A stretch of 64,000 bases of DNA from Candidatus Micrarchaeota archaeon (GCA_964588555.1 CAZPPT010000004.1:6476-70475); one strand, 5' to 3'; positions 1-9,527 are shown, numbered from the stretch's first letter. The notes: generated from the sequence alone by a model not told the origin. A program made the numbers and translations.

Positions 1-645
1 GATTTTCTTGCCATACACCGTACTTCAGGCGACCTGAAGCGCTTCCTTGAGGCATTCAGCAAGCAATTTGGCTCGTATCTCCAGGAGAAGGCGATCCACA
101 AGATAATTACGAGCTGCAAGTTGAACCAGAAAGTCCTCTGGCCGGGGCCGACCGTAAAGAAATCGTTTTATCACGGCGAGCCGTCTGATGAAGTGCTAAG
201 CCCAATCGATTACAAGCTCATCCTTGCACTTTCACGGAATGCCCGCCTCAAGCTTATTGAGCTTGCCCGCATTACGGGCGTCGACCCACGGGTGCTAAGT
301 TACCACATTAAGAAACTTGAGCAAAAGAAGATTATTGTCGGGTACTCAACAAGCCTTAATTTTGAACTGTTCCACCTTGAATTCATCCAGATTGACATCA
401 GCCTTAAGCACCACGGCCTCATCCCCCGGATCATCAGCTTTTTTGACCAGACGTATGCCTGCCTTTTTGCATATGAGCTTATTGGCCTGTATGACCTAAG
501 CGTTGAGATATATGTCGAAAGCGACGAGCAGCTCCGCAAGATCCTTGCGCTTTTCAAGGAAACGTTTCTTGAGCATTACATATCATATAACGTTTCGCGC
601 ATCTACGATGAGCAGCTTTCAAACTGGTCGCCGTTTGAAGGTTAG
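1..645 (+). CDS. Lrp/AsnC-family regulator, 5'-truncated at window edge (second half of a tandem-Lrp protein)
   Basis: Frame 1 is open from nt 1, so the listed start at 121 is internal. wHTH segment IDYKLILALSRNARLKLIELARITGVDPRVLSYHIKKLEQKKII plus a RAM-like C-terminus. Collinear with the second half of the paralog at 5112..6080. Confidence 0.7.
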   Translation, partial: DFLAIHRTSGDLKRFLEAFSKQFGSYLQEKAIHKIITSCKLNQKVLWPGPTVKKSFYHGEPSDEVLSPIDYKLILALSRNARLKLIELARITGVDPRVLSYHIKKLEQKKIIVGYSTSLNFELFHLEFIQIDISLKHHGLIPRIISFFDQTYACLFAYELIGLYDLSVEIYVESDEQLRKILALFKETFLEHYISYNVSRIYDEQLSNWSPFEG

Positions 646-1745
646 ATGCAAAGATCCAAAAATTCATCTTTTATCTCCGTAACTTCAAGCGACATGCACT
701 TGGCCGTAGTTCCAAGAAGTTCCGCAATGCTTGGCTTCGTGCGCTCCTGATCCCCGCTGATGAGTTCCTTGATGTAGGTGCCTGCTTCTGCAAACACCCG
801 TATTGTTGCATGGTTCTTGTCGTGCTTTAGGACTGCGACCTTCTTTACCCTTCTTTTTCGGATCAAATCAGCACGGCGGTGCGCTACCCGTTCAGGCGTC
901 CGTTGCTCAATAAGCGCGCCGGAAAGCGATTCAATTTTTTTAATGTCCTCGCCAGTAACTTCGTGGCCGAGTTCAATTGTTGCCTCGTACTCCTTGTCAA
1001 AATGGGAATTCGCGACGAGCTCGACCGCGGATCGTCTTACGCGCTTTAATTCGCCGACTTCCACCGACCCGCCTGCGTTGATTTCATTTTTTACTGCCTC
1101 GAGATTCATGCGCGTATTGTTTGGATTTATAATTTCGAGCACGAATGGCCTGCCTGCAGTATTGGTCGCATCGACGTCTTCCCGTCCGCTTGCATGCAAT
1201 GAGTAGTTTGCCGCCGCCGCCTCTTTCTTGAGCGGTTCCCCGATAAGCTCCTCAACGGACACATAATGCTTGCCCTTTTGTTCGCATTTTTTGCATCCCC
1301 TGCCATGGCAACGCATACAAATCCAGCGGGATTGGGAAATATTTGCCTTTTGCTTCTTGTACCTTCCAAATACGAAGAGGTTCTCGCGGTAGGTTTTCGT
1401 CCTTCCTTTTTTGAGCTCAAAAATGATCCTGATCTCGCCGTCACCTGCATCGTATCTCAGGCCGGTCTGGCGGGCCATTTCCTCAATGATTTTTTTGTTA
1501 ATGATATTCTTTATGCTCTGTACGAAAAGCACTTCCCGGTCCCATAACTCCTCCTCGCGCACAAGCCATTCGTCAGGGAGGCGGGTTGAAATGCAGAACG
1601 TGCTGCAATGCTCGTTTATCACCTTTTCCGCAGCGTCCTTTATGAGCGCATCAAGCTGGTCAAGGGTGTTCGCGCAGATAAAACAGTCGCCAGGGGGATA
1701 CCTATTCTTGTTTGCCGCATTGCAGAATGCACATAAGGTGGTCAT
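642..1745 (-). CDS. pus10: tRNA pseudouridine(54/55) synthase Pus10
   Basis: 367 aa. N-terminal Cys pairs (CAFC...CFIC) and CMRCHGRGCKKC zinc clusters. Catalytic-type GREDVDATNTAGRPF and C-terminal RTPERVAHRRADLIRKR are typical of archaeal Pus10. Confidence 0.8.
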   Translation of the reverse strand: MTTLCAFCNAANKNRYPPGDCFICANTLDQLDALIKDAAEKVINEHCSTFCISTRLPDEWLVREEELWDREVLFVQSIKNIINKKIIEEMARQTGLRYDAGDGEIRIIFELKKGRTKTYRENLFVFGRYKKQKANISQSRWICMRCHGRGCKKCEQKGKHYVSVEELIGEPLKKEAAAANYSLHASGREDVDATNTAGRPFVLEIINPNNTRMNLEAVKNEINAGGSVEVGELKRVRRSAVELVANSHFDKEYEATIELGHEVTGEDIKKIESLSGALIEQRTPERVAHRRADLIRKRRVKKVAVLKHDKNHATIRVFAEAGTYIKELISGDQERTKPSIAELLGTTAKCMSLEVTEIKDEFLDLCI

Positions 1746-1749
1746 TTGA

Positions 1750-1878
1750 TCACTTGGAAAGGCCGGTTATCTTCCGTAGCCTGTCAAGGAAAGATTCCTT
1801 TAGTTTTTTTCGTATGGTATACCTTCTTTCTGTCGGATAATTCCGTACTATCGTAAACGTATATCGTGTAGTATCCAT
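1750..1878 (-). CDS. possible 42-aa basic micro-ORF, translationally coupled
   Basis: ATG overlaps the upstream TAA by 1 nt (TAATG). Sequence MDTTRYTFTIVRNYPTERRYTIRKKLKESFLDRLRKITGLSK, with the stop 4 nt before the pus10 ATG. Below the ORF-track size cut-off and no recognisable family. Confidence 0.25.
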   Translation of the reverse strand: MDTTRYTFTIVRNYPTERRYTIRKKLKESFLDRLRKITGLSK

Positions 1879-2579
1879 TAGTCACTCCTCTTTTTAATAT
1901 ATCCCTCGCGTACGAGCATGTTGAGCCCTTCTTCGGCACGTGCAATTGGCAGGCGGTACGCCTCGCAGAATTCGGTCAGTTCAAGGGAGCCTTCGTGAAG
2001 CTTTATCCACTTGTAGAGCTCTTCTTTAAGCGCCTCGTCGCTCATCTTTTCAAGGCTGCGCACACGCCCCTCAAGCTCGTCGCGCCTCCGTTCGCATTCA
2101 AGCAAAAGGCGTGCGTTTTCCTCGCTTGAGCGGACCAGCTCTGAATATTTCTTTGACATGTCCGCATATTTTGCCCCGAGCTCCTCCTTTTGCGCCGCAA
2201 GGTCAAACGCATCCTTGTCCACCACCTGCCCAAGCTCCGTAATGAATGTGTTTACCTGTTTAAAGAGGCTGCTTACCCGTATGTCATAATCATCCTCTGC
2301 AAGGAGCGCGGTGTTGATGAAAATAGGAAAGAGCCGTAGGAGACGTTTTCGTTTGCTTTCATTGTGCCTGAGCGCGTAGCTGAACTCTATCGTTTTTTCG
2401 CCGAACGTAACCCGGTAGTCAAGGTTTGCCTTGCCGCTTAGCTCTTCACCGGCAATTTTTTCCGCAACTATGTCAGGCCCGTTTTCCTTGACATGGGTAA
2501 ACCCAAGGTCCTTAAGCGTCTGCATGACCCGCGTCCCCTTCTTCCTGCGCTTTGCCTCAACCGTGATTTTTTCATCCAT
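1878..2579 (-). CDS. coiled-coil protein with C-terminal winged-helix-like domain
   Basis: Start placed at the Met (MDEKITVEAK) 4 nt after the upstream stop; the track start at 2606 would overlap. Long heptad-like middle (KEELGAKYADMSKKYSELVRSSEENARLLLECERRRDELEGRVRSLEK) and a C-terminal LTEFCEAYRLPIARAEEGLNMLVREGYIKK. No family recognised. Confidence 0.6.
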   Translation of the reverse strand: MDEKITVEAKRRKKGTRVMQTLKDLGFTHVKENGPDIVAEKIAGEELSGKANLDYRVTFGEKTIEFSYALRHNESKRKRLLRLFPIFINTALLAEDDYDIRVSSLFKQVNTFITELGQVVDKDAFDLAAQKEELGAKYADMSKKYSELVRSSEENARLLLECERRRDELEGRVRSLEKMSDEALKEELYKWIKLHEGSLELTEFCEAYRLPIARAEEGLNMLVREGYIKKRSD

Positions 2580-2583
2580 ATGA

Positions 2584-4020
2584 TCACTTATCATCCAAAA
2601 CGACATTGACCACTCCCTTGGCGGCCTTTCGCATCTTTACAAGCGAGAATATCTTGATGAGGTTCTTTTCATCAATCCCAAGCTGGCGGAGAAATGACAG
2701 GATCGACGATTTTGAATACCCGAATTTTTCAAGAAGCGCAACAAGGTGTTCCGCCTCGACAAACCCGTCGTTCTTCTCAAACTCGGCGCGGACAATCGTC
2801 GACTGGCCCTCATTAAGCCCAAGCTCGTACAGCATACGCAGGAATTGTTCCCGCTCTACCTCCAACTCCATGCTACCACCTTTTATATGAAAGAGGAACA
2901 ACGGTTCCTCGCCATCAATCTTATTCATAAGGAATGTCGCGGCCCGCGCCTGGCGCTCCGCAAAGATCATGTTTACTGCCGCATCCCCGACACCAAAGCG
3001 TGATATTTCGTTATCTATAAATCCGCCATACCCTATCGAGTTCCGTACGTATTCCCTAAATTCGCTTAGCACAAGGCGCAGCACGAACAGCGTGCCGATG
3101 TTGCTGAATATCGTCTTATGCATGTCTGTCGGGTTTTGTGTTGCAATAATAAGGGCAAAGTTGTATTTCCGCCCCTCCCGAACGATCGTGATGACGTCGC
3201 TCCGCTCGTCATTTGCTATTTTCCATGCCTCGTCAAGCACGACAAAAAGGCGGATATTCTGTTCATTCTTGATGCCTTCGCCGCGCATGATCTCCTTTAT
3301 GTATTGCAGTATGGTAAGGCCGGCAAGGCTCCTGATCTCTTCTGTCGGCAGTTCGTGAAGGTCTATACAGACAAGTCCGCCTTCTGTTAGCTTTTGTATG
3401 TTAAGGGTGCTTTTGCCTGCAAAAAAATCGCTCCCTTCGACGGTGAACCGCCGCAATAGGCGCGCCGCCCGCTTTCGTTTGCGGTCTTCAAGGAGGCCCA
3501 CCACGTCCTTAAGGGTCGGGCTCTCTTCCTTTTCATATATGTCTTCAAGCGCCTCCTCAATCTCATCCCGCTCATTTGGGTAGCCCTTAAGGTCAAGTAA
3601 CAGGTCAAGTGCCGAAATAATCTGCTTTATCCGGTCGCGCTTCTTCTGGCCGCCAAGGTCAAGGAGGTTAAGTTTCTCATCCCCTAGGCTGATGACCGTG
3701 CCGCCTGCCTGTTTTACCCACTTGTTGTACTCGCCAACCCAGTCAAGGATGATCGCATTGGTATTCCAGATCATGCTTGCGCGGGTAAGGAAACTTTTTA
3801 CTAAATAACTTTTGCCGCTTCCGGTTATACCAACTACTGCGATATGCGGATTAATGAGCTTTTTAGGATCCCAGAACACGGGCGTTGCGAGGTACCGCGT
3901 CTTTCCAAGATATATGCCCTCAGTAGGCCCTGAAAGAAGAAGGTCTTTTCTTGGTTCAGGGGGGTGTACGAGAATCATCCGTTTTGCAAGGTCCTTTGAC
4001 AACATGTACGATAAATGCAT
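2584..4020 (-). CDS. HerA/VirB4-like (DUF87-type) P-loop ATPase
   Basis: Walker A AVVGITGSGKSY, Walker B LFVVLDEAWK, then ALIIATQNP. The layout is typical of HerA/FtsK/VirB4-class ATPases, plus a ~100-aa helical C-terminal extension. Confidence 0.8.
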   Translation of the reverse strand: MHLSYMLSKDLAKRMILVHPPEPRKDLLLSGPTEGIYLGKTRYLATPVFWDPKKLINPHIAVVGITGSGKSYLVKSFLTRASMIWNTNAIILDWVGEYNKWVKQAGGTVISLGDEKLNLLDLGGQKKRDRIKQIISALDLLLDLKGYPNERDEIEEALEDIYEKEESPTLKDVVGLLEDRKRKRAARLLRRFTVEGSDFFAGKSTLNIQKLTEGGLVCIDLHELPTEEIRSLAGLTILQYIKEIMRGEGIKNEQNIRLFVVLDEAWKIANDERSDVITIVREGRKYNFALIIATQNPTDMHKTIFSNIGTLFVLRLVLSEFREYVRNSIGYGGFIDNEISRFGVGDAAVNMIFAERQARAATFLMNKIDGEEPLFLFHIKGGSMELEVEREQFLRMLYELGLNEGQSTIVRAEFEKNDGFVEAEHLVALLEKFGYSKSSILSFLRQLGIDEKNLIKIFSLVKMRKAAKGVVNVVLDDK

Positions 4021-4073
4021 ATGCCCCTACTTGGTTGCTCATTTCGGGTTTAAAAATATAGGCTATTGTTGCC

Positions 4074-5105
4074 TCATACTGCTTGGACAATGCCCATATG
4101 CCTTTCCTGCCCTACGCCATACTTGCCATAAAAGTTAAGGACTATATCGACAAATTCAGCAGGGTGCGTTGCATACGCCGAGTGGCCCGCGTCAGGCACG
4201 ATCGTAACTGTTGCATGGGGGTTTGTTTCCCTCAGGTACTTCCTAATTGTTTCCGGCCTCGTAATTGCATCATGCTCGCCGCCTATGTATAGCAGCGGGC
4301 ATTCAAACAAGGGGATATCCTCTACCCGCCTATCTTTTCGCATTGAAATGTATGCCTCGGCAGTTACGCTAAGCGACGTCTCCTGAAAGTACCGTGCAAG
4401 TGCCGCAAGGGATCGAGGCGTAAACCCTGCCCTTTTAAGCCGTTCGCGCGGGATGCGGCCTATCCTTCTTTTAATGAGGCTGCTTATTGCTTCACCTTGC
4501 TTTAACTCGTCAAGGTATGCCGGCGCATGGCAGCTTAGCCGTGCGGCAATGCCGACCAGTACTGCTAAAAGCCGGTCTTCTGCGAACGTGCATGAAAGAT
4601 GCGGGTCAATAAGGGGCGTCGATGCAAGCACGGCGCTTTTGACCAGCGTTGGTTCCTGCCGATATATATGCCGAAACGTATGCCCGCCCATTGATTGGCA
4701 GATAAAATGCGCCTGCTTGATTCCAAGATGGTCCATTGCCATGCGCACAAGCTCTGCATTTGCCCGCAGGTAATCATGCTGTTTGGCGCGCCCCATACGC
4801 GTCATTCCCTGGCCAAGATTCTCAAATGCATAAATATCCATATATCCAGAAAGCCTTCCAGCAACCGGGTTCCATACGTCGGGCGGCACCATGAGGCCTG
4901 AAAGGGCAACTACTGGCTCACGCCCTTGCCCTGCGCTTCTTGTAATACACCGTACGCGAGTCCCGCTGCCAAGCTCATATGTCTTGTCATGGGATTCAGT
5001 CCGCCTTTTTCGGACTCCGTGGATAGTTAATGCGTGCATGGTAAATTTGTTATATGTTTTATATATAAATGCTCGTATCAAAATTGCAACCTCGTGCACG
5101 GACAC
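4074..5105 (-). CDS. alpha/beta-fold hydrolase
   Basis: Nucleophile elbow CQSMGGH (GxSxG), GGEHD and PDAGH motifs in the usual order. The start may be the internal Met at 5039 (MHALTIHG). Confidence 0.75.
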   Translation of the reverse strand: MSVHEVAILIRAFIYKTYNKFTMHALTIHGVRKRRTESHDKTYELGSGTRVRCITRSAGQGREPVVALSGLMVPPDVWNPVAGRLSGYMDIYAFENLGQGMTRMGRAKQHDYLRANAELVRMAMDHLGIKQAHFICQSMGGHTFRHIYRQEPTLVKSAVLASTPLIDPHLSCTFAEDRLLAVLVGIAARLSCHAPAYLDELKQGEAISSLIKRRIGRIPRERLKRAGFTPRSLAALARYFQETSLSVTAEAYISMRKDRRVEDIPLFECPLLYIGGEHDAITRPETIRKYLRETNPHATVTIVPDAGHSAYATHPAEFVDIVLNFYGKYGVGQERHMGIVQAV

Positions 5106-5111
5106 CGCGCC

Positions 5112-6080
5112 CTAAAATTGGGGCAGGTAGTTCACCTTGTAGTTTTTGATGAGCGTGTAGTACTCATAGCGCTTTATGCCGTTTGGAAATTTCCTTTCAA
5201 ACTCATCCATGATTTCTATGAACTGGCTGAAGCTTTCTACCTCGAGATCGAATTCAAAGTCAGATGTGACGAGCGTTTTTTCAGTATAGATGACGTTTGG
5301 ATGCGCAAGAATCGTATTCATGATCTCTTTTTTTTGCTTCGTATCTGCAAACCAGAGATCGACCTTGTAATAGAGGTAGCCAAGCTTCTTGTAATTAAGT
5401 ATTGTTCGAAAGCCGACGATGACGCGCTTTTTTATCAACCGCTTTAGCCGTGCACGTGCGGTGACAACTGATGTGTTTGTTTTATGCGCAAGATCGACAA
5501 GCGAGGTGCGCGCGTTCTTTGAAAGAAGGTTTAGGATTTTGAAATCGAGCCTGTCAAGCGCCTCCGGTTTTCCTTCGTGGAGAACCTTAAAACCCGTTTT
5601 TTCAACGTCCTTTTCGTTTCTCGTAAGGTACCCACGCGTAAATTCCGTATACTCTGTCTTTACTGCAAGGTGGCACTTCAAAAAATGGACTCCAAAATTT
5701 TCAGTAAACTCCTCCCAGAAATTCTGGTACTCCCAAACTGTTTTTACCCAGATGCTGAAACTGAAGTCGTAGTGGCCGGTAATGCGGTAAAATATCCAGA
5801 TATTTTTGTGGTTTTTGAGATACTCGATGAGCGCTTCCTTTTGCTGATGCGGCATGTCTGTAACGCGTACATAAAAGCGAAACGAGATAAACCCGAGCTT
5901 TGTGTAATCAATGACGGTATAAAATCCCTCAATAATCCAGTTCTCAATTAATTTTTCCATCCGATATTTTACCGTATCCTTGTTTGAACGGGTTTTCTTT
6001 GCAATTGCTCCGTAACCCTGTCGCGAATCACAGTCAAGCTCGTGAAGAATTTTCCTGTCAAGATGGTCTAATTCTATCAT
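5112..6080 (-). CDS. tandem (duplicated) Lrp/AsnC-family regulator
   Basis: Two HTH plus RAM units in one 322-aa chain: LDRKILHELDCDSRQGYGAIAKKTRSNKDTVKYRMEKL and LDFKILNLLSKNARTSLVDLAHKTNTSVVTARARLKRL. Confidence 0.8.
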   Translation of the reverse strand: MIELDHLDRKILHELDCDSRQGYGAIAKKTRSNKDTVKYRMEKLIENWIIEGFYTVIDYTKLGFISFRFYVRVTDMPHQQKEALIEYLKNHKNIWIFYRITGHYDFSFSIWVKTVWEYQNFWEEFTENFGVHFLKCHLAVKTEYTEFTRGYLTRNEKDVEKTGFKVLHEGKPEALDRLDFKILNLLSKNARTSLVDLAHKTNTSVVTARARLKRLIKKRVIVGFRTILNYKKLGYLYYKVDLWFADTKQKKEIMNTILAHPNVIYTEKTLVTSDFEFDLEVESFSQFIEIMDEFERKFPNGIKRYEYYTLIKNYKVNYLPQF

Positions 6081-6204
6081 ATTTAGATTTATTTAATTAA
6101 ATTAATAAAAATCTTTCTATTTTGATAAAAATTTGTCCTTATAATTATATTAATGTATTAATTACATATAGTTCCATTCAAATAAACAAAAAAGGTGATA
6201 CGTC
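6081..6204. promoter_or_regulatory. AT-rich divergent promoter/operator region
   Basis: 124 nt, almost entirely A/T (ttaattaaattaataaaaat..., ttataattatattaatgtattaattacatata), between the tandem-Lrp gene (-) and the ORFan operon (+). GGTGAT Shine-Dalgarno motif 5 nt before the 6205 ATG. Confidence 0.35.
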
Positions 6205-6783
6205 ATGAAAATACTACGATTGTCGCATGGATATCAACAGAGAACCATGGGGGAACGGCACACAAGGCCATTGTCGCGCGATAGCCTTCGCTTGTTTGGT
6301 GCACATCAACTTACAGAAGAACACATCGAGCCGGGAAGGCTTCTTGCACCTGCAAAAACAGTAATGGAAATAAGCCGTGACGCCATCCTTGTACGGCTTG
6401 TTGGCAATACGGTCGCGTTTGCGTATCCTGATTCGACGGTGACCCGTGTCCTATTCCATGACCGTTATGAAGGAAGCCACCTGCTTATTGAAGAAGGCGG
6501 CAAGCAGTCCCTTCGGAAAGGTCGGAAACACCGCCTTGGCAAAGTGGAGCTTGCATCTTTAAATGACGGTGCGGAAGTATTTTTTGGCTTTATCCTTGCA
6601 AGTGGTTTTTTCGTCAGTGAGACACGCGGTGCGTCCCCCTTGGTTGGAGGGGAAAACTACTGTTTTTCTTTTGAAATTGAGGCAACGCCAAATGGCACGA
6701 AAGAAGAACGGTTCCCGGCGGACTCGGTGCGCGTTGAGGTCTTTTCAACGCTTCCGCCGGTCTTGATCCTTGAGGCAAAATAA
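6205..6783 (+). CDS. hypothetical protein (ORFan operon gene 1)
   Basis: 192-aa ORF with a GGTGAT RBS and no motif I recognise. Confidence 0.6.
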   Translation: MKILRLSHGYQQRTMGERHTRPLSRDSLRLFGAHQLTEEHIEPGRLLAPAKTVMEISRDAILVRLVGNTVAFAYPDSTVTRVLFHDRYEGSHLLIEEGGKQSLRKGRKHRLGKVELASLNDGAEVFFGFILASGFFVSETRGASPLVGGENYCFSFEIEATPNGTKEERFPADSVRVEVFSTLPPVLILEAK

Positions 6784-6798
6784 AGATAAGGTGTGCAT

Positions 6799-7407
6799 AT
6801 GAATAGCGTTTTACGATTTCATATTTTTACTGCAATGAGGCATGTAAGGAAAAATGAGCTTAAAAAAGCAATTCCCTATTTTGTGGCTATTGACCGTCTT
6901 GCCACAACGCCTGAGGAACGATTATTATTAACGGGGTGCATGGGCATTTCCTATTTTAGGGCAAGAAATGCACGTGTCGCAAAAAATCTTTTTTCTGAAA
7001 TTCTTTATTCTACAAATCCGCTGGGCAAGCGCGTTGCCCGAAGGTATATGGAAAAATTGTCCGATCTTGAGTTTGATCCACTTACTTTAATGAAAAAGAA
7101 TGAAGACGGGCTTGCATTTCGGTCATTTCGGCCAAGTGAAGATTTTAGGCACTACCTATACGTGCTTCTTGAAAATACTGTGTGCCCCACTACTGGAAAA
7201 CGTGGTATGCCCCAATCAGATTTGGCACGGGAACTCGGCTTAAGTAAGACCCATCTTTCAGACATGTTGCGAAAACGTGGCCTTAAGAATATTCTTGCAC
7301 GGAATCTTGCCAGAATAGTTGAGGTATTGCACGAGCATGGCATTTCAAAAGAACAAACTGATCGTCTTATTGAATTGGCCACAGAGTGTGCAGGGAAGGA
7401 GGCGTAA
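6799..7407 (+). CDS. helical-repeat protein with C-terminal XRE-type HTH (ORFan operon gene 2)
   Basis: ATG at 6799 follows AAGGTG. C-terminal MPQSDLARELGLSKTHLSDMLRKRG matches the XRE HTH pattern. Confidence 0.65.
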   Translation: MNSVLRFHIFTAMRHVRKNELKKAIPYFVAIDRLATTPEERLLLTGCMGISYFRARNARVAKNLFSEILYSTNPLGKRVARRYMEKLSDLEFDPLTLMKKNEDGLAFRSFRPSEDFRHYLYVLLENTVCPTTGKRGMPQSDLARELGLSKTHLSDMLRKRGLKNILARNLARIVEVLHEHGISKEQTDRLIELATECAGKEA

Positions 7408-7431
7408 TATCTTAGATGGATAGGTGAACTT

Positions 7432-7548
7432 ATGTCGCTTGAACTATTACGAAGAATCAAGAAAATACAACATTCTATTCATAAAACCCAGTTTTTTTGG
7501 TTATGTTATGAGAGCTCCGATGCTCTAAAAAAGGTGAAATTATGGTAA
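7432..7548 (+). CDS. possible 38-codon upstream ORF, duplicated gene-4 start
   Basis: MSLELLRRIKKIQHSIHKTQFFWLCYESSDALKKVKLW. Its RBS region and first 8 codons repeat the start of the 8553 gene. It overlaps the 7542 ATG. Confidence 0.25.
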   Translation: MSLELLRRIKKIQHSIHKTQFFWLCYESSDALKKVKLW

Positions 7549-8543
7549 ACTGCAATGTAAAAAAACCGAAAATCTACTCGTTTAGGTTTTCAAAGAGAGG
7601 GGAACGATTTACCGGAGGCGTGCTCCTTCATGATGACTACAGGGCATCCGGACGTCTTATACATCGAAAAGCCTTAGGCGCTTCCGACATTTTTGAAGCA
7701 CAATCACGCCTCGCTTCTTTTAATGAGTCGCACGGTACAAACGTTCGGCTTATTTCCCCTCGGACAGCTTATTTTGCGCGTCAAACTGAGTTGGCATCCT
7801 TTAGTTTTTTTACTAATATGGGAGTAGTTCATAGGGACGGCCGCAAACCACTTGGTACAGAAGTCCGTTTTTTATATAATTCGCATGGAGATTCTTATCC
7901 TGACAAATGCGAGTATCGTTTTTTAATTCCTCCGCAATATCGGGATGCATCCACCCTTGTTTTCGACTTTGATGCATGCCGTATTAAAAATCAAAACGAT
8001 GTTTTCGTGTTGGAGGCACCTCCAGAAAATCTACATCGTATAGATGGTTTTATCGAATTTGTGACAAGCCCGCCCAAAGTCCGTAGAGAGTCTCGCCTTG
8101 TCCGCGATGCGAAAACAATGCTCCTGCGATTTTCGCAATCCCCCTCTACGGTTTCTGTTTGCGAGCCGCCCCCGCATCGGATCGAATTGGAGGAGGATTT
8201 TCTTTTCAATATGCGTGGATTAAGCCAAACGGGTACGTTTATTGGTGCGCTACTGTGCGATTCTTCATTCGAAAGTGGTCTCATTAGTTACCGCCTCCTA
8301 CCTTTTCATTCTTCTATAGAAACACTCCTCGTAGTTGAAGTTCCAGAACCAGGTCTCGCGTTGTTTCATGACATAATGTATGAAGATATGGTTGGTTTTC
8401 TGCATTCTCAGCTGGATCTTCTGGGCCGGGGGTTTGATAAATTTACTAATTTTATGGGAGATCCAGTAGATCCACGTGTCAAGGCTGCGCTAGGGGTGGT
8501 CTCATCAATTTTACCGCCCGTAGCAACTCCAGATGATAAATGA
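7542..8543 (+). CDS. hypothetical protein (ORFan operon gene 3)
   Basis: 333-aa ORF with AAGGTGA 7 nt upstream and no recognisable domain. Confidence 0.6.
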   Translation: MVNCNVKKPKIYSFRFSKRGERFTGGVLLHDDYRASGRLIHRKALGASDIFEAQSRLASFNESHGTNVRLISPRTAYFARQTELASFSFFTNMGVVHRDGRKPLGTEVRFLYNSHGDSYPDKCEYRFLIPPQYRDASTLVFDFDACRIKNQNDVFVLEAPPENLHRIDGFIEFVTSPPKVRRESRLVRDAKTMLLRFSQSPSTVSVCEPPPHRIELEEDFLFNMRGLSQTGTFIGALLCDSSFESGLISYRLLPFHSSIETLLVVEVPEPGLALFHDIMYEDMVGFLHSQLDLLGRGFDKFTNFMGDPVDPRVKAALGVVSSILPPVATPDDK

Positions 8544-8552
8544 TGTGAACCT

Positions 8553-9527
8553 ATGTCATTAGAATTATTAAGAAGGCTCCACAAGGGCCCACACGCTGAA
8601 CAATTTAAACAGCGAAGCGCGCGTGCGGCATTTGAAAAATTTGCAAAAGGAAGTGACGACCCAATTATCGGATTTGAAAAATGGGTACGTGAAATCGAGC
8701 TTATTGGTCCGGGTGCCGATCAATTGCGCAGAGCAGTGCTTGAAATGCCGCGCCTTGCAGGGTTTGCGGACATATGTTCTAAGCCGGAGCAGGTCTTTGT
8801 AGTTGACCGGTATGAGAAAGCAATCGATGGCGAATACGCAATTGGCGCACGACTGACCGGCCGTAAGTATGGAGGCATCTACCTTCATGAGGGGGAGCGC
8901 CGTGATGCGCTGAAACGCATAAACACTGTTGCAGGGTTTGACATCTACAGGCGAATTGATGAGCGCGATCCTCACGAACCTGCGCTCTATAGGTACTTAA
9001 AAATTGGTGATGCGCTTATCCGCGTGCCGCATGACCAGGACGGGAAAGCGGAAACGCTTGTCCATGAGCTACGGGATTTGTTTTTTGACGAAACGCTTCT
9101 TGACGAACGGGTACAATTGGTTCTTGAACTGATCCGCTCGATTCGAAAAGGGGTTGTTGACAGCGACGGGGACAAAAAAATGGGCCTGGTCATTGCCGAA
9201 CCGGTTGCGCAAAAGCTTGGGGTAATCCATAGGCCGGCTGGCGACCACTATGACGGGCTCCTTGAAGTGCGGCAGCTAACGGTAACGACGCGCGTATCAT
9301 GCAAAGCCACTAAGGAGTGGCCGACGGATGAGCGCCTTGTCGGGGATACGTGGAGTGTTGTTTATGACAAAGAGATAGAGCACAACCCGCCGCATAACGC
9401 GATACTTGTTATTACAGATCAACGCGTAGGCCATACTCCGTATTTTGACGCCTACTTTAGCGAAGGCCTCTATTCATCCTGTTTCTTTAATGAGCGAAAA
9501 TTTGCAACTGAAATGCTTTGGATTTGA
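8553..9527 (+). CDS. hypothetical protein (ORFan operon gene 4)
   Basis: 324-aa ORF, 9 nt after gene 3, no recognisable domain. Confidence 0.6.
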   Translation: MSLELLRRLHKGPHAEQFKQRSARAAFEKFAKGSDDPIIGFEKWVREIELIGPGADQLRRAVLEMPRLAGFADICSKPEQVFVVDRYEKAIDGEYAIGARLTGRKYGGIYLHEGERRDALKRINTVAGFDIYRRIDERDPHEPALYRYLKIGDALIRVPHDQDGKAETLVHELRDLFFDETLLDERVQLVLELIRSIRKGVVDSDGDKKMGLVIAEPVAQKLGVIHRPAGDHYDGLLEVRQLTVTTRVSCKATKEWPTDERLVGDTWSVVYDKEIEHNPPHNAILVITDQRVGHTPYFDAYFSEGLYSSCFFNERKFATEMLWI

